A stretch of 64,000 nt of DNA from a bacterium (GTDB taxonomy: Bacteria > RBG-13-61-14 > DATKZS01): assembly GCA_963674965.2 (NCBI GenBank), contig CAXXFL010000001.1, positions 288,001 to 352,000 of the forward strand. The letters run 5' to 3'. Shown here in pieces: positions 57,787 through 64,000 of the stretch (position 1 is the stretch's first letter; every line of letters starts with the position of its first letter). The notes under the pieces are model-generated. The model had not been told where the DNA came from. It searched no databases and saw nothing but the letters and a program-made list of their open reading frames with translations. The position numbers were made by a program, and so were the translations under genes.

Positions 57787-59406
57787 TTGAAAAGAGCGGG
57801 ACAGATACTGAGGTCCGCCGGGCTGATCGGGGGAGCGACCCTTTTCAGCCGGGTCTTCGGCCTCATAAGGGACATGGTCATGACCCACGCCTTCGGGGCG
57901 GGCGTGGTGGCCGAGGCCTTTTACGTGGCCTTCATGATCCCGAACCTTCTTCGCCGCCTGGTGGGGGAGGGCTCCTTGACGGTGGCCTTTATCTCGGTGT
58001 TCACCAAGCTTCGTTCCGAGGGGGGGGAGGAGGAGGCCAGACTGTTCGTCCGGAGCTTCTGGACCCTGATGACCGTCGTCCTGGCGGTCCTGACCCTTAT
58101 AGGCATGGCCCTGTCCCGCTTCATCGTGACCCTCTTTACCAACCCGGCCTTCCGGGCCGAGCCCGAGAAATTCGAGTTGGCCGTCACCCTCACGCGCCAG
58201 ATGTTCCCTTACCTTTTCCTTATCGGGCTGGTGGCCCTGTCCATGGGCATACTCAACTCTTACAAGCGCTTTTTCGCCTCGTCCTTCCACCCCGTGCTCC
58301 TCAACTTCGCCTGGATAGCCGCGGTCCTTATACTGCGCGGAAGGCTCAAGGACCCCGGCCTTATACTGGTTATCGGAGTGCTGGCGGGAGGACTTCTCCA
58401 GCTCGCTCTCCAGTTCCCCTTTTTATGGAAAGAGGGCATCAGCGTCCTGCCCCGCTTCAATTTGGGTCACCCCGCCATCTGGCGGGTCGGCAAGCTCATG
58501 ATACCCTCGACCTTCGCCGTGGGCATAGTGCAGATCAACACCATGATCGCCACCTATTTCGTCACGGCCTTCGACGGCGGCAGGTCTCATCTTTTTTACA
58601 GCAGCCGCCTTACCGAGTTCCCCTACGCCATCTTCAGCCTGGCCATCGCCACGGCCGTGCTTCCGGTCCTTTCCGAGCACGCGGGGAAAAAGGACGTGGG
58701 CGCGCTCATGGACGTGCTCGTTTACGGCCTAAGGCTCACGGCGATCGTGACCGTGCCCGCCTCGATCGGTCTGGCGCTGGTGGGCCGGCCGCTCATCCAC
58801 GTCATCTTCGAGCACGGCGAGTTCACCGCCGCCGACACGGGCGGTACCTCGATCATGCTGGCCATGGCCTGCATCGGACTTTGGGCCGTGGCCGGACACC
58901 GGCTGGTGGTCCAGGCCTACTACGCCGTCGAGGACATGAAGACACCGCTGTGGAGCGCGGCCCTGGCCATGGCCATCAACGCCGCCTGCTGCTTCGCCTT
59001 CAACCGCTTTACCGGCCTGGGCGAGGCGGGCGTGCCCCTGGCCTTGTCCCTGGCCACGATGGCCAACTTTTTCGCGCTCTGGTTCCTGCTTCCCGCCAAG
59101 GTGGGAAAAATCGACGGCAAGGCCCTTATCAAGACGACGGCCTTGTCCATCCTGGCCTCCCTGCCCATGGCCGCCCTGGTCTGGATGGCCAACGGCCTGG
59201 ACATGTGGGACCGGCCGGACATGAGGGCCGTGAAGACGGCGGCGCTGGGCCTCGAGGTCATGGCGGGAGCGGTCCTATTCGTAATCATGGCGAGGCTTCT
59301 GGGCCTTGGCGAGGTTAACGATATCGTCGACGCGGCGGCGCGAAGGTTTGGTCTTAAGAAAAAACAAGTAATCCAGGCTAGTGAGGATAAAGACAATGAA
59401 GGTTAA
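57787..59406 (+). CDS. murJ: Lipid II flippase MurJ (MviN)
   Basis: SRVFGLIRD, AF-IPNLLRRL-GEG-L-AF and RL-EFP motifs. TTG start at 57787 likely. Confidence 0.95.
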   Translation: MKRAGQILRSAGLIGGATLFSRVFGLIRDMVMTHAFGAGVVAEAFYVAFMIPNLLRRLVGEGSLTVAFISVFTKLRSEGGEEEARLFVRSFWTLMTVVLAVLTLIGMALSRFIVTLFTNPAFRAEPEKFELAVTLTRQMFPYLFLIGLVALSMGILNSYKRFFASSFHPVLLNFAWIAAVLILRGRLKDPGLILVIGVLAGGLLQLALQFPFLWKEGISVLPRFNLGHPAIWRVGKLMIPSTFAVGIVQINTMIATYFVTAFDGGRSHLFYSSRLTEFPYAIFSLAIATAVLPVLSEHAGKKDVGALMDVLVYGLRLTAIVTVPASIGLALVGRPLIHVIFEHGEFTAADTGGTSIMLAMACIGLWAVAGHRLVVQAYYAVEDMKTPLWSAALAMAINAACCFAFNRFTGLGEAGVPLALSLATMANFFALWFLLPAKVGKIDGKALIKTTALSILASLPMAALVWMANGLDMWDRPDMRAVKTAALGLEVMAGAVLFVIMARLLGLGEVNDIVDAAARRFGLKKKQVIQASEDKDNEG

Positions 59407-59950
59407 GAAAAAAGTCTACATGGCCCGCTTTAAGACCGATTGGGGCGAGGCGGGAATAGGCTGGACCGACGACGGCATATGCCGCCTGACCCTTCCCTCG
59501 CGGGACGGGCGCGACGTCCTCGCCGAGATCGCCGAGAGCTTTCCCGGCGCCGGGTCGGGAAACCCCGCCGAGGTGGGCGACGTGGTGGGAGAAGTGCGGG
59601 ATTATTTCTCCGGCAAGGCCCCGGCCCTCAGGTTCGAGGTGGACCTTGCCTGGGCCACGCCGTTTCAGAGGTCCGTGTACATGGCCCTGCGCTCGATCCC
59701 CTACGGCCAGACCCGAAGCTACGGCCAGATAGCGGCGTCCCTGGGCAAAGCCGGCGCGGCCAGGGCGGTGGGAGCGGCCAACGCGGCCAACCGAGTCCCC
59801 CTCATCATCCCCTGCCATCGGGTGATATGCGCGGACAAGAGCCTGGGTGGGTTCTCCGGCCCCGGCGGCCCGTCCTTTAAAAAAAAGCTCATCGAGCTCG
59901 AAACCCGTACGAGAAGCCGGATCGCCAAGCAGGTTTTCTGTATTTTTTAG
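59396..59950 (+). CDS. ogt: Methylated-DNA-protein-cysteine methyltransferase
   Basis: IPYGQTRSYG, ARAVG and IIPCHRV motifs. Confidence 0.93.
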   Translation: MKVKKKVYMARFKTDWGEAGIGWTDDGICRLTLPSRDGRDVLAEIAESFPGAGSGNPAEVGDVVGEVRDYFSGKAPALRFEVDLAWATPFQRSVYMALRSIPYGQTRSYGQIAASLGKAGAARAVGAANAANRVPLIIPCHRVICADKSLGGFSGPGGPSFKKKLIELETRTRSRIAKQVFCIF

Positions 59951-60005
59951 CCCCCGCCTTGTAACCGTCGGCCGCGATGATTATCCTAATAAAAGGAGGT
60001 TATGC

Positions 60006-60206
60006 ATGGCGATAATTCAATACCATTGCATGTCCTGCGGGACTAACTTCGAGGATTTTCGAAACATCCATGAAAAAGACCAGTTAGGCAAATGCGTCGC
60101 CTGCGGATCGGACCGGGTGAAAAAGCTCGAGGAATGCGCGTCCGAGTGCGGCTGCGGCTGCGGCTGCGACGAGCCGGGAGCGCATATGAGAGGTCATAAA
60201 CATTAA
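60006..60206 (+). CDS. FmdB-family zinc-ribbon protein with Cys/His-rich tail
   Basis: YHCMSCG-FE...CVACGS, tail CASECGCGCGCD...HMRGHKH, AGGAGG RBS. Confidence 0.8.
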   Translation: MAIIQYHCMSCGTNFEDFRNIHEKDQLGKCVACGSDRVKKLEECASECGCGCGCDEPGAHMRGHKH

Positions 60207-60246
60207 ATAATATGGAATGTTAAGCGTTATTAAAAGGAGAAGGGAA

Positions 60247-60444
60247 ATGCCAATATACGAATATCTTTGCACCTCCTGCGGACACATGTTCGAGGACGTA
60301 AGGCCGGCCAGCCAGGCGGACGACCCGGAGGAATGCCCGAAATGCGGCAAGAAAAAAACCGAGCGCCTTATGTCGGCTTTCGCCACTTGTGGGGGCGGCC
60401 CGGGCGGCTCTTCCAGCAGTTGCGGGTCTGGCGGCTTCTCTTGA
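60247..60444 (+). CDS. FmdB-family zinc-ribbon protein (possible Sec read-through of UGA)
   Basis: MPIYEYLCTSCGHMFE...CPKCG...RLMSAF motifs. Confidence 0.88.
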   Translation: MPIYEYLCTSCGHMFEDVRPASQADDPEECPKCGKKKTERLMSAFATCGGGPGGSSSSCGSGGFS

Positions 60445-60550
60445 GGCCCCTGACGCGGACCGTGCGTCCGTCGGGAAAAATTTAGCGGGTGGTGAAGGTC
60501 CATCCGCTAAAACGCTCTTTATTACTCGCCGCGAATTTCCTTGATATAGG

Positions 60551-61033
60551 TCATGGCAGATTGTCCAGATCGGTACTCACGCCCGAGAGGCTGGTTTTTT
60601 TAAGTTCCTCCCGCGAGGCCAGTATTTCGAGGGAGGATATCCGGGGAATGTTCCTTATCCGACCTATCGCCTCGGCCACGGTTTTTTCGTCCATGCCATG
60701 GACCATGATGTACACGCACCAGGGGTAGCCGTCCGGGTGAGACCTGTGATAACAGTGGCTCACGGCCTCGATGGCCGCCGCGGCTTCACCCGCCGCCTCG
60801 AGGCCGGCCTCGTCGGTCCGGGCGATAACCATGGCGTTGTGCTCGTAGCCCATGGGCTGGTGGCGGACCGAGGCCGAGAAGCGCCTTACCTTGTTCTCGC
60901 TTATGAGGCGCGAGATACGGGACAATACCTCCTCGACGGTGATCCCGAGCTTCCCCGCCAGGGCGTTGAAAGGCTCGGCCTCAATCTCGAGGCCCTTGGC
61001 CGCCGCGTCGATGAATTCCCTGTCCGTTACCAT
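60551..61033 (-). CDS. ahbB: Siroheme decarboxylase subunit AhbB (NirH-like)
   Basis: Lrp-like N-terminus, NAM, VSHCYHR, MVHG and ELKKTS motifs. Confidence 0.85.
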   Translation of the reverse strand: MVTDREFIDAAAKGLEIEAEPFNALAGKLGITVEEVLSRISRLISENKVRRFSASVRHQPMGYEHNAMVIARTDEAGLEAAGEAAAAIEAVSHCYHRSHPDGYPWCVYIMVHGMDEKTVAEAIGRIRNIPRISSLEILASREELKKTSLSGVSTDLDNLP

Positions 61034-61072
61034 GCCGGCTGTTTCCTCTTTCTAGAGCCTCTTGTATAAGTC

Positions 61073-61095
61073 CCGCTTTGGAGTGCGGCGGCTCG
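61073..61095. repeat. REP-like repeat, left fragment (split by IS)
   Basis: CCGCTTTGGAGTGCGGCGGCTCG matches 15104-15126 with one mismatch. Confidence 0.9.
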
Positions 61096-62543
61096 TGTAC
61101 AGACCGGAGACATGCTTCACAAGTGTTCGGGCACATAGGTAACATATTTCCTCGCTTGCTCGCGCTCCTGCTATTGACCTATTTTTCCTCGACCTAAGTT
61201 TATCTATGCATCGATCACGTGGCCAGTCAAGGGCGGCGCAGCCGTCCCGCAGGGATTTACCCTTGACGGGCCTCGTGGAGATGCTATCGTCCTCATGGTC
61301 GAGAAAACCTTTTATCACGTTTGCCTCCAGCTATGGTCTCGCAGATCGACGACCATGATCCGTTGGCGGCAGTAATAAACCTCGATCACGCCGTCCACTT
61401 GTGTATTTCGCAAGCCGACCTTTTCACCAACGAAGGCCCGCCCCACTGGATAAAACTCGCCTTTGATTCTAACCGCCCCGCCCGGGTTCACCTTGCAAGT
61501 CGGCCAATCATCCCGATACCAGACTTCGGGCAGAGTCTCGGGATAGGCAAAGGGGCTCATCGCGTAACGGCTGGCCGGCGTGTTCATGTCCAGGGCCTCG
61601 TGGGGACGTTCATGGTTATAGCAGTCGCGAAAACGGTCGAAGGCTTTCTGACAGTCGTTCAGGTCGCCGAAGTTGCGTCCCCTTATCGCCTCCTCCTTAA
61701 GGGTCCGGTTGAACCGCTCGTTCTTGCCCTGGGTCTGGGGATGAAAGGGACGGCCGTGGCTGATGCCGACGCCGAGCCTGATCAGCCAGGCGCTCATGTA
61801 GTTGTAACGCGAGTTCGGCGCGCAGAAGCTCGATCCGTTGTCGGTAAGTATGCGGCTGGGCAGGCCGTAGCGCATGAAGACCGGCGCCAGGCTTGCCCGC
61901 ACGGTGTCCGCCCGTTCGTTGGAGCAGGCGGTGACCGTCAACGCGAACCTGGAGTGGTCGTCCACCACGGTGAGAGGGTGACAGGAACCGGCCGCCGTCG
62001 GAAAATGTCCCTTGAAATCCATCTGCCACAACTGGTTGGGAGCCTCTCGTTCGAAACGCTTCATGGGACCGCGAGCCTTGCGCTGGGCGTCCCGCAGCCT
62101 GCCGTTGCGGTCGAGGATCGCCGTGATCGTGCTCGGCCTTGGCACTTCGTCGTGACCAAGATCGATCAGCCGCCGCTCGATTTTGCGCCCTCCCCAGGTC
62201 GGATGCTCGTCGCGAACCGAAAGCACCAACTGCTCGACCTCCGGGCAAACACGCTGGGGAGATCGCCTGGGACGGCGGGACCTGTCACATGCCCAGTCCT
62301 CTTCACCGCTTTGCCCACGGCTGATCCACTTGTAGCCGGTGCGGCGACTGATACCGAATCGACGGCATAACTCGCTTATGTTGGAACCTGGCTGCATCGC
62401 TAAATAAACAAAATCCTTCCTCTGAGACACTTCGGTAACCTCATTCCATGGCATCTTTCTTCTCCTGTATTGACATACAGAAGAATGTACCAACTGTTAC
62501 CCATGTCTCCGAACACCTGTTACCCATGTCTCCGGTCTGTACA
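61096..62543 (-). mobile_element. Complete IS481-family insertion sequence (1,448 bp)
   Basis: Perfect 19-bp TIRs TGTACAGACCGGAGACATG (61096-61114 / 62525-62543), TGT...ACA ends, subterminal repeats, and CTCG duplicated at 61092-61095 and 62544-62547. Confidence 0.95.
61315..62454 (-). CDS. IS481-family DDE transposase
   Basis: MPW-E..., HTH SELCRRFGISR-TGYKW, WQMDFKG, DDHSR, TDNG and HPQTQGKNERFNRTLKEE. Confidence 0.95.
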   Translation of the reverse strand: MPWNEVTEVSQRKDFVYLAMQPGSNISELCRRFGISRRTGYKWISRGQSGEEDWACDRSRRPRRSPQRVCPEVEQLVLSVRDEHPTWGGRKIERRLIDLGHDEVPRPSTITAILDRNGRLRDAQRKARGPMKRFEREAPNQLWQMDFKGHFPTAAGSCHPLTVVDDHSRFALTVTACSNERADTVRASLAPVFMRYGLPSRILTDNGSSFCAPNSRYNYMSAWLIRLGVGISHGRPFHPQTQGKNERFNRTLKEEAIRGRNFGDLNDCQKAFDRFRDCYNHERPHEALDMNTPASRYAMSPFAYPETLPEVWYRDDWPTCKVNPGGAVRIKGEFYPVGRAFVGEKVGLRNTQVDGVIEVYYCRQRIMVVDLRDHSWRQT

Positions 62544-62653
62544 CTCGACGCCGCTTTTCTTCCGAGCGGCTTGACGCGAGGCAAGCGGTTTTATTGTGAG
62601 GCCTTGTCAAGCCAAGGCCATAGAAAGCGGTCTCAAGCGACCGCACTCCAAAG
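62544..62653. repeat. REP-like repeat, right fragment (split by IS)
   Basis: Matches 15123-15232 apart from a few substitutions in the middle and near the end. Confidence 0.9.
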
Positions 62654-62699
62654 TGGCTATGCCGCCAAAAAAAAATGGCTTTTACAAGAAGCTCTCCGC

Positions 62700-63167
62700 T
62701 TAAACCTCGAACTTGACCCCGAGCTTAAAGGATTTTCCCTTGGGCAGGACCCGAACGTCCTGGAGCCCGGCCCGCTCGGTCACCCGCTCGAGCACGGCCG
62801 TACGGGCCTCCTCGTTTTCCGCGATCACCGTGAACCAGAGGTTCCACTCGTGCTCGCGAAGATAGGCGTGCGTGATCTCCGGATAATCCGCCATTATATC
62901 ACGGGCGTCCTCGACCCGCTCCGGCGGAAGCTTGGCCGCCACCAGGGTACCGCTCATGCCCCAGGCCGGATAATTCACGATCGGGCCAAGACGCCGCACC
63001 ACGCCCAGGTCCCACATCCGACGGATACGGGCGATGACCTCGTCCTCGGTCAGCCCGAACTTCCCGCCCAGCGCCTGAAAAGGACGGGGGACAAGCGGGA
63101 CCTCGAGCTGTATCTCGTTAAGTATCTCACGGTCGAGGTCGTCGAGTTTGTCGCCGCTTTGAATCAC
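62700..63167 (-). CDS. ahbA: Siroheme decarboxylase subunit AhbA (NirD-like)
   Basis: D-LDREILN-IQ-PL-PRPF, TLVAA, THAYLREH-WNLWFT and FKLGVKF motifs. Confidence 0.85.
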   Translation of the reverse strand: MIQSGDKLDDLDREILNEIQLEVPLVPRPFQALGGKFGLTEDEVIARIRRMWDLGVVRRLGPIVNYPAWGMSGTLVAAKLPPERVEDARDIMADYPEITHAYLREHEWNLWFTVIAENEEARTAVLERVTERAGLQDVRVLPKGKSFKLGVKFEV

Positions 63168-63182
63168 CTCGCCTCCTTTTTC

Positions 63183-64000
63183 TTACGTTCCGCCGCCGTG
63201 GGCGCAAAAGGGCTCGGCCGCCAGGTCGTCGCCCGTGACCGCGTAGGCCCTTGCCCGGCAGCCCCCGCAAACCCGGATGTAACCGCAGGCGCCGCAGGCG
63301 CCCTTGTAGCTTTTAAAGTCGCGCAGTTTGGCGAAAAGCTCCGAGCGCTCCCAGATTTCCCTGAAAGAAGCCTCCTTCACGCTCCCGGCCTTGACCGGGT
63401 AATAGCCGCAAGGAAAAACGTCGCCCTTGTAGCTTACGAACACGAAACCAACGCCCGCCAGGCACCCCCTGGTCCGCGCGTTAAGGCCGAAGTGCTCGAC
63501 GTCCACCGGGATGCCGTCCGCCTTGGCCCGCTGCCGTAGTATCCTGTAGTACTGGGGCGCGCAGGTGGGCTTGATCTCCATCTTCTCGTCGCGGTTTTTC
63601 TCGTAGATATAATTGAGGACCCGCTCATAGTCCTCGGTCCCGATCAGTTCCTGGTCGCCCTCGCCGCCCCTGCCGGTGGGCACGAGCATGAAAACGTGCC
63701 AGGCGTCGGCCTCGATCTTTTTGATGAGATTGAAAACGTTTTCCAGGTCGTGAAGGTTCCTTCTCGTGAGGGAGGTGTTGATCTGGACCTTGATTCCCGC
63801 CTCCTTCAGAATCCTCACGCCGCGAAGGCTTGACTCGAAGGCCCCCGGCTGGCGGCGGAAGTCGTCGTGAACCGCGGCCGCCGAGCCGTCCAGACTGATC
63901 GAGCAGGTCTTGACGCCGGACTCGAGAAGCCTCTTGGCGACGCTCTCGTCCACCATGGTGCCGTTGGTGGACACGGCGGCGCGAAGTCCAAGGCCGGTCA
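63183..64000 (-). CDS. ahbD: Radical SAM/SPASM haem b synthase AhbD (5' end outside window)
   Basis: SISLDG-HD-FR, LVPTGRG, PTCAPQYYRI, GCLAG, PCGY and CGAC-CGGCRARAY motifs. Upstream of ahbA/ahbB. Confidence 0.82.
   Translation of the reverse strand, partial: TGLGLRAAVSTNGTMVDESVAKRLLESGVKTCSISLDGSAAAVHDDFRRQPGAFESSLRGVRILKEAGIKVQINTSLTRRNLHDLENVFNLIKKIEADAWHVFMLVPTGRGGEGDQELIGTEDYERVLNYIYEKNRDEKMEIKPTCAPQYYRILRQRAKADGIPVDVEHFGLNARTRGCLAGVGFVFVSYKGDVFPCGYYPVKAGSVKEASFREIWERSELFAKLRDFKSYKGACGACGYIRVCGGCRARAYAVTGDDLAAEPFCAHGGGT

Noticed and set aside
57567-59318. 583-aa same-strand alternative-frame ORF over murJ
   Set aside because: Arg/Gly/Pro-rich frameshift shadow. The murJ frame is intact.
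61052-61318. 88-aa ORF downstream of the transposase as a passenger gene
   Set aside because: It runs through the TIR and out of the element into the REP, so it cannot be a fixed IS gene.
1-64000. tRNA/rRNA genes, prophage or anti-phage defence genes
   Set aside because: No cloverleaf or T-loop consensus, rRNA-like stretch, integrase, or recognisable defence or phage protein was found by eye.

Overview
GC-rich bacterial chromosomal window, most consistent with a Deltaproteobacteria/Desulfobacterota-like organism (inferred from gatCAB, the Ahb siroheme-dependent haem pathway, the archaeal-type aroA'/aroB' shikimate entry, MurJ, an OM porin and HD-GYP signalling). It is mostly housekeeping: queH, efp, pepP, rpmB, trpDC, Moco genes, gatCAB, mltD, murJ, ogt and ahbD-A-B. 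Accessory loci include an ECF sigma operon, a radical SAM/TetR/membrane operon with a visible operator, two odd glycosidase-like proteins and a giant TPR-acidic protein. The strongest structural signals lie outside the ordinary genes. (1) A complete 1,448-bp IS481-family element sits in the hairpin loop of a REP-like multi-hairpin repeat inside the ahb operon. An intact copy of that repeat at 15.1 kb reveals the exact insertion site and a 4-bp CTCG duplication. (2) A second ~215-bp nested-palindrome element lies at 3.3 kb. (3) The palindrome CTCGAG is strongly over-represented across the window (HIP1-like) but absent from the IS. (4) An FmdB-type zinc-ribbon gene has a candidate UGA/SECIS selenocysteine extension. 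(5) A nucleotidyltransferase gene has a structured 5' leader. No rRNA, tRNA or CRISPR array was seen. Product calls come from motif recognition by eye, not database searches.
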